This document shows, piece by piece, positions 35,414 to 50,125 of a stretch of DNA of 64,000 nucleotides (position 1 is the stretch's first letter; every line of letters begins with the position of its first letter). Location: contig CM082578.2 in assembly GCA_040954595.2 (NCBI GenBank), forward strand, positions 13,236,304 through 13,300,303. Direction: 5' to 3'. The position numbers and the translations under genes were made by a program. Under the pieces are notes generated by a model. It worked only from the letters and a program-made list of their open reading frames with translations, did no database searches and had not been told where the DNA came from. This stretch comes from Balanoglossus misakiensis (Eukaryota > Animalia > Hemichordata).

Positions 35414-38400
35414 GTGCACGTGTATACGTGTAAAGCATGATCGTATTTGCATGCTACCGTGAGAAAGTCACTTCGCGCTTTGGCTCAGACTGAAAATTAT
35501 AGCCGAATGATTGGGCTTATTGTTGTACGCGAGACACATGGGGGACCGATTCCCGGTGGACTTTGGTGCAAAATACCGACCGGGACTGAGATTGGCCCTA
35601 TGGTGTGACCGCACTGCAAAACGAGCAGCTTTCAGTGAGATTGTAATAATTTGCTATGTTTTCTGGGATCTGGCCCTGTAATATTGAGGAGGGAGGAGGA
35701 GGTTCACAACCGCCACTCTTCACTCTCGACATGGCGTCGATATGATGTTTGTATGTATAGCAGAAGAACGCGACTTCTGAATGGACACAGTACACTGCCC
35801 ACAAGCTTACACACTTCCCTGATCACATTTCGTGGTCTGCACCAGAAAGTTTATTATACACGACCTTGTCCTTGACTTATTGACGTTAACATCTCGATAT
35901 TTTTAAAATGTGAATACAAGTATCATAACAGAGCTCAGTTTACTAGTAGTTTAATTAAATTGTGTTTCTTCGCATTAATCAAAAGAACTGGCATGAATTA
36001 CTAAACACATTGTAATGTAACTATGGGTGAGGCTATTTTTTGCTTATTAAATGACCTCTACGGCTGTGAAAGGTATTGTTCTTTGGGTAAATTAATCCTT
36101 TCATCCTTTTCGACCATGAACCGCACCGCAACTGTCGTTCAAACATTTTCCTCGCTCGGTAATGGCCCGCCGCCAGTCGTTCTGATTTGACCAATTTATT
36201 TATCGAACGCGCGAATTCGAAATGCCAATTTCAAACGACAGACTTGTCATAAGGAATTAATGGCATGAACAATTTAAATTTCCGCGGTTGTAAGAAAAAG
36301 GTCACACCAGGGTTGCGACAATTTTGCATCAGTACTTAAACTACTTTCTTCAAGTCACTTTTACTCTTTCACCATCTTTAATTTGTGGACTCGAGTCAGA
36401 TTTCAAAAGTATGTAGGCCCTACTCTCATTGAAACAAGTATACACAATTTTCGACACCTGACGACCTCCCAGCCTTTGGTGCGAAACCGTAGTCTGCAGA
36501 CGACAATACAAAGTTGACCTGGATTGACCTTATACCTGTCAAAACACGTACTCCCACATCCTTCAGACGTTCTTAAGGGATCGGTCGTTAATGGATGACT
36601 GCCTCCACCGCGGCTTCGTTTGCTGAGCTCATTTCCAAATCCTCTCTCCTAAATTCCCAATCGTCTTATATTGATTCAGTCCCACGGCACTTCGCGAGCC
36701 CCTTCAATTTACGCCGCGACCAGCCAGCGGCGCAACCTTGGTTGGGTTTTCTTGTGCGCAGTCGACCGGTTTCGTAGGATGTTCAACGCTCCCAATTGAC
36801 CAAAAGTGGACACGAATCCAAGGCGTTGAAACCCCAGGATTGAACGGAGTAAATTACCAAAGAGTACTTGCTTCGCGGCACGGATTTCTCCGCGTGGGAT
36901 GTGGATCAGTTGCTGCTGGCTCGTTATGACTAATAGTCGAACAAGCTACCCTTTATGTGTCGTGAAGCACTATATATATAGAGTGACAGTCGAAGTATAT
37001 AGCATTCTCAGGCCAGAGTACTGTTAGGCAAATACAACGGCGAGGTTTAGTATGTCGAGCAAACATCATGCACATTTGCAGAACAGTCGCGAAACTTTTG
37101 ATTCATGTCCTGCTTCGTAAGGTCATCGACTTTTATTTTTCGCCGACCAGTCGGAAAGTAGACTCTTTATTGTTCCTGTTATTTGAATTTCATCACCATG
37201 CCTTTTAAGTTGACAGAATGTCATGTGATGAGGAGGGGGACCTCTCGTATTGAAGAGATTTTCATTGCTCTAATTTATTGCTGTTCCTCTTCTTGTGGCG
37301 AATAGATATTGACCCGTACCGAGCATAACCTGGACCCGCTCATTAATTCCGTCTCTTGCCTTGAAAAGCACACTTCCGACAGTGTGTGAAAAAGGTGGAA
37401 CTTCTTACTGTGTGCCATTCCGCGCTAAGAAAAATAATCACCTTGGAGACACGCGAGGGAACACCCCTGCCTCGTCTTTGTCTACACGGTGATTGGCGCA
37501 GAATTGAATATCGTAAAAAATAAAATGAATTTTATTTTGGGAGCTGATTTTCAAAACACTGGAGGTCTTAAAATAAATGCATAAATCAATGTGTGAATCT
37601 TTCGTTGTCTTCAGAGATACATTCTCTGGCCACACCAGGTAGAGACTGGTCATCGCCCTAATCTCAAACCTCACATCACAGTTGTGGCTGTTGTCTGAGC
37701 TCGAGTCGCTTGTGGAGTGCTCGCGTGTAGACGTATTCATCCAACGCGTGACTGTTTCCTTTTTGTAATTCAATGAAAACACATACATGAAAAGAGTGGT
37801 GTTTGATTTAATCGCATAAATCGTGCCCTTTATAGATGTACCTGCGTGTAACGTTGGCCGTATCATGACTAATAGCCTGCTGATATCGTGGAGATTGGAT
37901 GCAAGAGTATACTAACGGGCATTTCTGTCTTGTGGTTCGTACATCTGATGTATCGGCGCTCTTCTCACAAAGACTTGCTATCAAAGAAGACAAATGCAAA
38001 ACGTTCCCGTCCTTAGATAAACTCTAGCTTATATTCCGAATGAGCAATCTCGTTTCAGAAAGTAGATGACGATTTCGGTAACTCATATTGCATATGATTC
38101 CACCGAACTTGTTTTCACTTAATGCAATGCCCCCCCCCCCCAAGGAAAGATTTCAAAGATGCATTTGCTGTGTGATAGGATTTTTACAGCAGCCGTGTCA
38201 TTAAAAAAATGCCCGTTGATCTTGTCTTGAAATAAAACAGAAAAAATCGGGTCATTGGATAGCTATCATCGGGCAGCATGCAAAGAAATACTGCCAATTT
38301 ATCGAAGAATGCATGCCATTTGAAGTCAGCGGTCTGAAAGTCATTTGATCGGTCGGCGGGGTCAAAGATCTTTTGAAACAATCCCTCTGTGTCGAAGTGT

Positions 38401-38889
38401 GTTTTTTCGCTTACTGTGATTCTTGCTTGGTACAAATAATGGCATTTAAGAACTCTGATGACGTAATCATACCAGATATTCTAACCGAAATGGAGTGAGC
38501 GTGTTCAGATTGGTGTCCGCAGTGATCGTGCAAGCTGTGTGATCGCGAATGCCCACGTGGTTGCGTAGGCTTGACGAGCACTATACGTCATGCCAGAGCA
38601 AACATTGGAAAAGTAGCAAAAGATAAAACTGCTCTCTGAGAATGACTAAATCAGTTAAGAATCTTTATGGAGACATAAAGGAGACACGAAAAAAACGCAT
38701 AAAAATCGTAAAACATGCGCCAAAGCGACTAATGGGCTAGTTATAGCGTTACTATTCAGTGTGACCACAGATCTTCGTTGGCAGAGCACTTATATTGTTC
38801 AATGTCTTACTTGGCTCTTTCTTCAGAAAAATGGTGGAAATTGTGTTTTGTCTTCCTGAACTAACTTGTTAGGTAAGCAGCAAGTGCTT

Positions 38890-39029
38890 CCTTGGAGAGG
38901 GTCACAGTTTTCAAACAAGGGCTAGTGGAGGGCCTCGTTTTAGCAACGCCACGGGCATGGGGAGAGTCACCGTTTACGTGACTGACTCAGTGGCCCCCTC
39001 CGATCCGTAATACCTGAACGCTCCCTTAG
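38890..39029. mobile_element. Probable right end of a Harbinger-like non-autonomous element
   Basis: Ends CCGTAATACCTGAACGCTCCC|TTA, resembling the CCGTAAAAACTGAACGGTCCC|TAA terminus at 49967. A similar end (CTGAACACTCCC|TAA) lies near 12342. No partner end was found. Confidence 0.4.
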
Positions 39030-42000
39030 AGAACGGCGAAGAACGTACGCTGCTGTAAAACGACCGCACTTTTCGATGATTAATACCCGCTGCTTAACTT
39101 TACTCAGCGGTCGGGAAAATCAATCTGAAAAGACAGGAAACTTCATCTGTGATTCATCTTCTCAACCGTACAAGGTTGAGAGTAAAGGCCCTCCCCGAAG
39201 ACACATTTCATTTCTGGGCAGCGATGAAAGTCAAATATCCAAATTTGGCAAATATTTGTTTTCTGGTTTAATAGCTGGTGACGGTCGATGAAGTCAATCT
39301 TTTGGGTGTAATGACGTGCAATGGCTACAGCGCATTCGTCAACATCTCTCGGTTGTTTTCCACGTCAAGTTCCTTGAATTTATGACGACTGTACTTCAAA
39401 TGTTCAAGTTTGTCGTGCCGACGACCCATAAAACTTGTGTTGTATAGCGTATGTCTAAACAGAGCACTGGCCCACTCGTATCAAATTCCCGGTGTGAAAA
39501 TCTGTAAATCTTCAATAATTTTCTGTGGGTCAGATCTTCTGCCAAACTACTCAAAAATATTGCTCCGTTCTACACTGTCAGAGTTTACGGCTGCCGGTCA
39601 TATGACTGACCTAATTATTTTCGTGGCATTACTGAGTTCCATACCAATTTCCACCCCACCCCACCCCATATCAAATGTGTTATCCCTAACCACTATCACC
39701 GAGCGCAAGTTTATGCGAAAGCATGGATAATGTTGCGATAGGGCTTTCTTTTGCTATCTCAATGTTCTGTCGAGTCACGAGTTCAAACAGAGAAACATTT
39801 TTCTTCTACATTTGAACAATCAAGCTATCGTCTCTAATCCTTCAGTAGGGGGAAATGCGGGGGGGGGGTGACAATCCGTCAGCACCCGAAAATCGGTCGA
39901 CAGTTATGCACCGATGAAGACCCAATGTCGCGGTAACTGTGACACTGACCCCAATACATGTAATACCAGCGCAATAAGAGGTTGAACGCTTCGGGTGACC
40001 TGTCAATTTTGACAGGGGTATTAAATGCTGCGACTGCCGACGTGTCATCAAAATGAACGGCCGACAAATCAACGAACGACTTTTGGCGCGCATTCCGTAG
40101 TGACTTGCGGAGAGTGTTTCAATAATGCAATATTCGTTTACATGGCTTGTGCACATAACCTAAATGCCACCTCGTTAACCTATGCGTATATAATAACAGT
40201 ACGAGAACATAAAAGTGTCGCCATAGTAATAAATTACAGTTAGTATGCTCCTTCGAGCTTCGGTCGAGTTATAAAACCCTACACGGACATCTTATAAAAC
40301 CCTACACGGACATCGAGACTCGGGTTCGGTCGGTTTGAATCCAGGAAATGCCTTCGCGTAGAAAAGGATTCTTGTCGAAACTTTTTGCACTTTTTTTCAC
40401 AGTGACCCGAGAATTTTCATTCTAGGCGCCGCTAAAGCGCTTTCTAAAGTGCTGATGTCAAGCTTAGGACGTATGCGAAGTGGTGCCAAGAGATATAGAT
40501 ACGTTTGCACCTTGGAAATCCCTGTAGTTATAGGCATTCAGTTTATTGCCCCAAGGCCTTCACCCACTGACAGGTCAGACTCTTCTACAGCGCGGAGAAG
40601 ACGATCACGAATTAAGACTATAATGATATGGAAAGGATGAAGTCTGATAGGTTACATTAACCCGACGCCGCTTTTTATAGGAACGTTTAATCACTTTGAG
40701 TTTTATTTCAGGCTAAGAATTCAGGGTGACCGCAATGTCTACATAAGTAAATCTACGATGGACATTACTTTACTCTTTTAAGATTGTATGCTTTTTACAG
40801 TAACTGTTGTCAGAAGTTTGATAACTGATATTGCACGCTGAAGGTTGACCGACGTCACGCCAGTCTATACATTTACCACAAAAATCGCGTGATGATTGAA
40901 ATGAAATGAGTCCCGAGGGGTCCGTAAGATCACTAATGCCAAATTAATTTTTAACAATTAATTATAGAGTAAAATGGTAATATAACGTAATATGTCAGAG
41001 TTAGCGTTTATATTCGTGGACGTTTGGTCTATCGTGAAGCGACGGGTTTTATTGGTTACATTGAAAAGGTACTTTTTTGGTCGCGCCACTGTGGTTTATC
41101 TTGTCATACACGTGGTCTCTGTTGCCTACTTTGTCCCTTTAATATTCAAATCAAAAGGTTTGGTATGGTGGAGCTTTGTGGTTCGGCTTAATAGGGTAAA
41201 ATTATGAATTATTTGCCGTTTTTCTGCCATTTAGGTGGCCGTCGATCCTATGAAGACGTGTCACTTATTTAGGTCAGCTGTGTGTGCCCCCAAGTGCTCA
41301 GAAATTTAGTTGGCAAACCCATCACTGATTGAAACACGATGTGTCATTTTAATGTCACTTTTCCTCACTGAAAATCTGTCTGTATGCAGATTTTCCTAGG
41401 GAGGCAATTTAAATTATTTCGCTTCTGCACACTGTCTTTGGCAGCGCATAAATATGATGTGCGAACCTTGCCTTCCACAAGCACGTATCTGCCTGCATGC
41501 ACGTACAATTTATGTGAAGTTCACTGTTTAAACTTAAAGCCATACGCTTTCTCAGGCGATACGCTTTCTCAGAAAGACACGTTCATGTCTCCAAAACGGC
41601 TCCTAAGTAAGGCAGGGTACGGTCGGAGATGGACGTAGACAGAGCTTGTAAAATTGATGACTGCCTATAGCATAGGCACACATAACATATTTGATTATCT
41701 GCGCAGCGCAAAGTTAATCGTTCAGGCGGCCACAATAACAAAACAGGCATTTAAGTTACAGCGTTGTATAGAGGCAACCGTGTTTTCGCAAAACAAACCA
41801 CACAAACGTAATTATGACACAATTACTATAGCCATTAATTAAGTTAAAAGCATTGGGGAGAGCCTCTCTCGTGAACGCTGAAAGGATAGACTGATGGACA
41901 GGACACAACAGTGAAAAGATAATGAGAAGGGAAGAAGTGAAGTATCTTGTATTGTGCCGGGTGTGTGTACACAGTAATAAGCTCTATTTGCACGGTGTCA

Positions 42001-43831
42001 GTTTTTACATTTGTCGCGTTTGGGAAATGCGCTATGGTAAATATACAATTACAATGTAGTACATACGTCCGGTCGGTCGATAATGATTCCTTTCTTTTTT
42101 TTTAAATACACGTATTGGCATAGAAAGTAAATGTTATCATTTTTATCCGTTGCACGTACCGGAAAACATTTCGACGGAGAACAAAAAACGATTATGGCAT
42201 ATTCCACTATTGATGGTTTCAATATCGATGACGTCAGTGGGATTTGTATTATTTCCCTCAACATTACTGTTTTTATCGCCATTTCCTTGAGAATTTAGTT
42301 TCGTTGTCCGACTTCTCCAAACATTAGAAGAAAGTCGATTCAATAAGCAACTAATAACGCAGAATAATAAATATTCCATGCGATATTCAACATTCGAGTA
42401 CACAAGGGAATGATATCACCATGAAATAGCAGAAAAGAAGGTGATTGCATTTCAAAAACACATCAATCGCACTGTTTTCAGTTTCATGGCAATTTCACAA
42501 AGTGCAATAAAATACAATCAACGTGGCCGCAAATTTTCAATACAACGTTTTCGTGAGTGAAACACCCGTAAGGTTATGCATCGATACACGACGGTTGAGC
42601 AATATGTACTCATACGGCTGGGTAAAAAGCCCTTTGTCATATAATTTCGTAACTGATCTTTTTGTCGGCAGGCAAAACGAGCGATTCATCTTCAACCTTA
42701 ATTAGATTGCGAACCTTTCAGTACCTTTCAAAATACACAGTACCCATGGGTTTGCCGCCTTCAACATTTCAGTGAAAGGAAGCCACAATGAATTAATCGG
42801 TACAGAAATTTTCAAGGAATTCAAAGTGAAGTTGATGGAACAACTACGATGGCACAACTACCGTACTTTTTAGAACCAGAGCACTTACGTCTCTTCGAAT
42901 TTATATATATTGGCTCGCCGCTGTTTATATTCACGCATCATGGAATCTTAATTCGAAACGAGCGGTATAGGCATATCGTTCTTTTACCAACTCTTTGCGA
43001 AAACCATGCGCACATATATCCATGTATATGGAAATAGGGCCTAAGATTTTATTTTATCCAATCATGCAGTCAGATTAATGCAACAAAAATAGATATATGT
43101 CCAGAGAAGGTTTGGCGTCACGTGATGCGTGATGTTTTTTTCTCGGTCATCTGACGTGGAGCCCAATTCGATTTGAAATAAAATGAAATTAGATTAGATT
43201 AGATGTAGGGCATCGTGATGGTGCGTGCTTATAGGTTAATGGCCTCGCTCGTTGATGTAATCGTGATCTGCGTATATTCAGTCTGTGGCATGGCGGGCAT
43301 CATTGCTTGGTTTTATGCGCATATTTCACTGTAAGGGGTCGCGGCTAATTAAAACGAAATCTTCCTTAACAATATTCGCACCAGGTTTTGGTCCGACATT
43401 TTCACGAGTCAAGCTATATTTCAGTTTCTGCCCCCCTCCCCCAACGCCCTAGTTCTGTTCTATGAACACACTGCCAAACCGAGTGTAAACGCGCCTCAAT
43501 TTGTTCGATGCGGCACACAAATGGGTAAGATTAACCTCGTTGTCTTGACGACCCCCGTGATGAAGGCTCGACAAGGGTTCATTTTACCGTGACATTAATT
43601 TGTACACGGGGTCAGATTTGATCATGTTTGCCGACGTCATAACTGCCAACATCTTCACGTTCCAATTACAGATATCCTCTCTCTCAAAGCAATTAAGAGA
43701 GTTTGCTGTTGAACTCAGCGGTAGTCACAACGCATTTCTTTCACTGCTGCTATATTGATGATGACACTATCTTTACATATCTCCAAAAATTCTAAAGATA
43801 GCTAGTTCCACGTACATTGCAGTTAGCTAGG

Positions 43832-44097
<266 letters not shown>

Positions 44098-47000
44098 TGT
44101 TTTGTAAACATGATACTACTCAGGTTCTTGACATTGATGAATTAGTAATTCTTTGGTCAGATTAATTCCACGTTACAAAGAGTACAGTGGCTGAGTCCAA
44201 TCCGTGTTAGATGCGTCATTATTAGCCAATCACCATGACAGATAAGAAATTTGATACTTTCCTGCCAAGATGACCTACACTTGATCTCGTTTATCAAATT
44301 CCTTGAGCATTATTTAGAGACACTTCAAGGAGAGAACTTCCTTGCATTACAGACTCGGAGCAGCATCGCTCATATTTCTTAACGGGTCTTTCAACACTCA
44401 CTCACTGGTGACTTGTACATTCTAGCAGTAGTTTTACTTAGCTAAAGTAATACAGTTATAGAAACAGAGTTGGAGAAGTCTAAGTCTCTACTCTGGGACA
44501 AATATTAATCGGCGTGGCCACCGATTTCATTTTGAATTTTTCAAAGTATCTTTTACCGCAATACAAAATCATTATTTTGAGCTGAAACCAGGGTATTTAG
44601 AACGCCCATATAAACAAACGTACTCCCATGTCACGTCAATCAACCAATCAAAACCGGTTAAACAAATCCTTCTGCATTCAGGAAAACATGTTAGCCTGTT
44701 GTTTGTCAATCACAAAGATGGGCAGCTTAGAAAAAAAACAGACTTGCGCTAACTAGCAGGTATACATGCAGTCATCGAAGGGCGGTAAACTATCCAGAGT
44801 TGATACCAGATTCAACACGACCCCATTCACACAGTCAGTTGGGCATAAATAATACTCCTAAACTAATAAAGTATATTGTGAACTGTTTGGTACAACATGA
44901 CCATATTAGAAACCCCAATAATTTTAATAGCTTATTGATGGGTAAATTAGTCGACACGCGGTAAGGGATTGTCAGCTTATTAAGGGGAGTGTCGAGAGTC
45001 CTGTCACGTGACCAGTGTGGGCAAGTGCCCCTTTTTTCTGCTCTAATAATAATTACCGGGGTGCGACGTCGGACAGAGAGTACAAACAGCGGAAGATGTT
45101 GAATTGCGCCAATATCACGAACAGACTATTGACTTTCTTGAAAAGCACGGATGACGTGGGTGTGTAAAGAACGCCATGAATTGCAAGAGGACTAGACCCG
45201 CATTCACATTTTGTCAGTGTGACTAGACGTTCACACGCCATACCGACCGTCTTCATTGTTCGGTTGAGTGACCTCTCAGTAATATACTGTGTTCGAGTAC
45301 TCTTCTAATTTAAGTCATTCCGATCTTTGATTTTACTCGCGCGCTGATAAAACCGAAGCTGGAAACAACTGCCAATTTCGATTTGTCGTCTGGGAGGGTC
45401 TGCTGCGGACAGATCGTGCTTTTTTCCAAGAACTCGCGTTACCTACCACTACGTCTGCAAAATTATGATATAAAATTCATTTCGTTGAGGGTTTTTTAAT
45501 TCATCCTTTTTTTCATTATGATAACTGAGACTGACTGAAATAGGATTTCCTACTTTCTGTCCCGGAATTGAAGACGGTGAATGTGTATAATGCAGTGACA
45601 GGCCTAAAGGAAAAGAACAACATATATCATTGTATGTACAAGCACAGTCCATAGAGAGACTGTGGGGCAAGTAATGTCGACCACGATGTCGTAATTCATG
45701 CGAGAGTTTTTCCCTGCCCGCTGGTGACAGGTCCCAGACAGTCACTGCTCGGTTCAGTGGACCATGAGTACGTCTAACTTGAAAAGACGTTCCTGTCTGC
45801 ATTAATGTTGTTATTCCTAACGCACGCTTGATCTCGCTTTCTATCTTTGCTGTCTGTCTGTGTGTCTGTCTGCTTGTGTGTCTGTCTGTCCCTATCTCAC
45901 TCTCCAAATACTGGCTAAAGTATATTGACCGACCCGAGGTTTCTAAGGCTTCGGGTCGATCACATGGGAAGCGAAACTTACAAAATTACGAGCCAAATAC
46001 GGTTGAAAAGATCCCACAAGAACAAACAAAGGGCCCTATATTTTACTTTGACACATGACAATAGAAGCATTGTAAAACATCTCCTGTCCATCTTGTAATA
46101 AACTTAATATATAGCGCTGGGCCCTTAGGGCCGGCCGCCAGGTTAAGATTGGAAATTTTATCACTGTCTGCAGTTGCGTTTGTCGGGAACTGTTACCTGG
46201 TCAGGTATACAACTCGAAAACGGTCATCAGATGGTGCGCTCCTTGCACATATCAATGCAAAATAGACGCACACCACGTGACAATGATTTGACCAATCATG
46301 GTCCAAGGAATCTGAAACGGACCAGGTGAGTTACAATAGTTTTTTACGACCGACCTAGTAGTTGTATACTAGCCGTCTGACCAGCCCTGAGTTTAGTTTT
46401 CATACAAAAGCAAAGTGACTTCGTTCGAAGTGCCCATGTTGTGAGTTTATTTTCTGTGGCTGAGTGACTGGCAGGGCATGACAGTTTCAACGTCAGCAAA
46501 CAAAGAATTTTTAGAGGAGACGCTTTCTAATATCTGAAAAGTAACCTGTTTTAGATCTGTTCAGCTACATGCGTGAGCCATGTGCGCCTTCAGGATTGCT
46601 GTTATTTATAGCTGCTTTTCGTCGTTGGTTGCAATAAATTGTTGAATAATAACCTGACATAACGAAAATTATAAGAGAGCCTTCTATATCCCTCTCATAG
46701 ATTACCGATCAAGCATCACTGCGCACGGGGAAGTAAAGTCAAAGCTGACGCAAATCTCTCCTTACGTACGTCATCTTTCCATCTGAGTGATCTTCCAAAA
46801 CGCATTAATACATCTGAAATCGTTTCCATGTCTGTGCACAAATCAACTGAAAAATCGTCGGGGAAATCTTCGAGGATGCCCATTACCGAGGAACAATTCA
46901 CTGTAAATTGACGAACGCGCATGACACTCCTGGCAATAGGCTCTGCGTAGCTTTATATCTATTACGTGGTCACGACTCCGATGCTTGGCTATGATATGCC

Positions 47001-47517
47001 CACACGCAGCCATGGCCCGACGGCATGCGGTATTGCATCGCCCACGTGCGTCGCAAATGAATCTGGCAAGAACAAATTGTCTTTGCATTTTGGGCTCGAT
47101 TTGAAGAGTCGGGTTTTGATATAACTGTCGAGCAGAAAGATGACTTCTCAAGGGGAAGCACAGCACCGTGGCCGTGTTTATCAGAAACCCACTCTGTTGT
47201 ATATCACCCCGACCCTTGTAGAACTCTATAAAAACATTTCTTTCCTTTAATATACTTCTTATGTATGTTTCTATTTGCGTCTCTCCGTGTCTAGTTCTTG
47301 AATTTGCAATATATTGATGCACGGCCGGTGGCCTATATTACAAAAAGGGGAAAAAGATATTCCACTAATAAAGTATTAACTGTATGAAATCGACTCTCCG
47401 TTCATCTCATGATCAACGAAAACGTTAATTGGTTTCACACTTAGTATTTTCAGAGTCAATGTGATGAAGACTAAGTGTATTAGTATGGCAAGCCTCAGGG
47501 GTCTTAAGTATAGCAAT

Positions 47518-47761
47518 AGTAGTATTTAATGTTGAAGTAGTACGATTATATTTTGATTCGTTAATATATTATAAATAAATAGTAGTATTTAATGTTGAAG
47601 TAGTACGATTATATTTTGATTCGTTAATATATTATAAATAAATAGTAGTATTTAATGTTGAAGTAGTACGATTATATTTTGATTCGTTAATATATTATAA
47701 ATAAATAGTAGTATTTAATGTTGAAGTAGTACGATTATATTTTGATTCGTTAATATATTAT
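47518..47761 (+). repeat. 63-bp AT-rich minisatellite, ~3.9 copies (left arm)
   Basis: Unit AGTAGTATTTAATGTTGAAGTAGTACGATTATATTTTGATTCGTTAATATATTATAAATAAAT starts at 47518, 47581, 47644 and 47707. Confidence 0.95.
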
Positions 47762-47898
47762 GATACTTTGCTAGTATTATTATTATTTACTTGTTTACAA
47801 CCTTCACTTCCACCTCACCAGAGGGCGCACAATTTTTGCTGTCGGCCATTTTCCGTGTTTTCCGTTTGTTTTGTGCGTCTCAGTCGCAGTCGAATGAG

Positions 47899-48050
47899 AT
47901 GGACATCGAGGCAATATTGCAGGAGATAAATTTGGCAATGAGCGGGTTGAAGCTGCCACCGTTCTTTCCATGACGGAAGGGGAAATAAAGAGATTGGGAG
48001 TTACAAGAGCAGGTGATCGAGTGCGACTCCGAGACCTTTGCAAGGATTAA
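47899..48050 (+). pseudogene. Frameshifted SAM (sterile alpha motif)-like ORF fragment inside the transposon arm
   Basis: MDIEAILQEINL in one frame, then NERVEAATVLSMTEGEIKRLGVTRAGDRVRLRDLCKD* in a shifted frame (47937-48050). Matches the SAM pattern L..mte.el..LGv...GdR.rl by eye. Confidence 0.6.
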
Positions 48051-48240
48051 GCAACTCAGCCGTCACCGGCCTAGCTCTGCGTACAGGTCTGTGTGTTCCC
48101 GGCGTTACACGGCCTCCACCACAGCCCTGCAAGGCGCCATAGAAAAAACTGGTGCTTCTGCGGTCCGGATCCGGACTGCAGCTTTTTCGGCCGAAATTCG
48201 ATTTTATCGAAGCAAAATCCTTTACCTGTCTACTTCTGCC

Positions 48241-48454
48241 CCCTAACCGACTCCAAATATGATGCGATTAACTTGTCCTAACGTCCGAACCGCTCGCTTT
48301 CTAAAACTTTTTTGTTTACCCATGGAGATAAACTCGCTGTAAGCTTTATATTTAATATGGCGATCTCAACATGTAAACACACAAAAATGAATCAAACGCG
48401 AGTGGTTCGGACGTTAGGACAAGTTAATCGCATCATATTTGGAGTCGGTTAGGG
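48241..48454. repeat. ~214-bp MITE-like inverted repeat with ~57-bp arms
   Basis: CCCTAACCGACTCCAAATATGATGCGATTAACTTGTCCTAACGTCCGAACC at 48241 and its reverse complement ending at 48454. Confidence 0.8.
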
Positions 48455-49967
48455 ACCGTTCAGTTTTTACGGCCGGGGGGGGGGGGGGCGGCAAAATCCA
48501 GGGGGGGTCACTTGAATTTTGAAGTCCACAAGGGGGGGGGGGTCATCTGGTCTTTTTAAACGTTTAGGGGGGGGGGTCACATACTTTCGCCACCGAACTT
48601 TTGCTTTTGAGTCCAAAAAATTGCAGTTTCGCACCCTTTATTTTACCCCCTCCCACACCCACCCCCTTCAATGCTTCATTATCCGCCACATGTCATTTTT
48701 TGCTGGTTTGTCTAGTGAACCAGGCCAGAGTGCTTGCCACCCCAAACCCACCGATGATAAAATTTAACAAAGTGAATACATAAGGGACCGTTCAGTTTTT
48801 ACGGCAGGGGGGGGCGGCAAGTTTGTGTCATCGGTTCTCAAAATCAGGCCGACCCCCCCTTCACCCAGGACCAAAAAATGATGCCCTCCCCCCCCCTTGA
48901 CAGACCCAAAAATATGATGACCCCCCCCCCCCACGCCCAAAACATTCGCCGTCCTGATCCTATGTACACTGTATGCAATAAAGGGAATGAGGCTCCTGAC
49001 ACCCCAATTATAAATTTCTTAAAGTATTATTGAAGTATATAATATTATATCGTTGCAATAAAGAAATCTATGAACAAATTAAAATGACAAGTCAATACAA
49101 TAGTTGCTAGAATCGGTAAAACAAGAAAAGTGCCGGGGGAGGGTGTGGGAGGGGGTGTCCCCCTCCCACATAAGAAAATTTTGTAAAATACGGTGCTCAA
49201 AGTTGCAATTTAATGAACTCAAAAGCAAATTAACTCAATGTTAGGCAGGACAAATTTTAATTTTGCCACTCCACTAAGTAAGCATCGGGGGTGTGGTGGC
49301 AAGAAGTCTTCCATGGTAAACTAGACAAACCAGTGAAGAAATGCAATGTGGCGAAGAATGGAGGGGGTGGGTGTGGGAGGGGGACACCCCCTCCCACGTA
49401 AGAAAATTGTGTAAAATATGTAGCCCAAAGTTACATTTTAATGAACTCAAAAGCAAATTATCTCAATGTTTGGGAGGACCAATTTTACTTTTTGCCACTC
49501 CACTCAAAGTTAGAAGATTTGGCGTCATCTTCGTCATGACATCATTTATAAAACTTCTAGTATATAGAAGATGCAGCGCGAAACTATCAGTTATGCAAAA
49601 TGGTTTAAACAATTATTCTCCTTTATGTATTCACTTTGTTAAATATTATCATCGGTGGGGTAAGGGGTTGGGTGGCAAGCACTCTGCCCTGGTACAAAAA
49701 ATGAAATGTGGCGGAGAATGTAGGGGGTGGGTGTGGGAAGGGGTGTCCCCCTCCCACATTAGAAAATTTTGTAAAATAAAGGGCGCGAAACTGCAATTTT
49801 GTGGACTGAAAAGCAAAAGTTTGGTGGCAAAAGTATGTGACCCCCCCCTAAACGTTTAAAAAAAACAGATGACCCCCCCCCCCCCTTGTGGACTTCAAAA
49901 TTTAAGTGACCCCCCCCCCCTGGATTTTGCCAACCCCCCCCCCCGGCCGTAAAAACTGAACGGTCCC
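48452..49967. mobile_element. Nested PIF/Harbinger-like non-autonomous element(s)
   Basis: TIR GGGACCGTTCAGTTTTTACGG occurs at 48452 (after TTA) and 48784 (after TAA), and inverted ending at 49967 (followed by TAA). 48452-48783 is an imperfect inverted copy of ~49623-49967. Internal GGGTGTGGGAGGGGGTGTCCCCTCCCAC-type repeats at ~49141, 49369 and 49729. Confidence 0.75.
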
Positions 49968-50125
49968 TAAAGGACAATAATTGTTTAAACCATTTTGCAG
50001 TCCGGATCCGGACCGCAGAAGCACCAGTTTTTTCTATGGCGCCTTGCAGGGCTGTGGTGGAGGCCGTGTAACGCCGGGAACACACAGACCTGTACGCAGA
50101 GCTAGGCCGGTGACGGCTGAGTTGC

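Noticed and set aside
40269-40314. 23-bp perfect tandem duplication (TTATAAAACCCTACACGGACATC x2)
   Set aside because: Real, but most simply a slippage or repair duplication with no sign of function.
49341-49859. 172-aa ORF within the nested element
   Set aside because: Derived from internal G-rich repeats; no transposase motifs.
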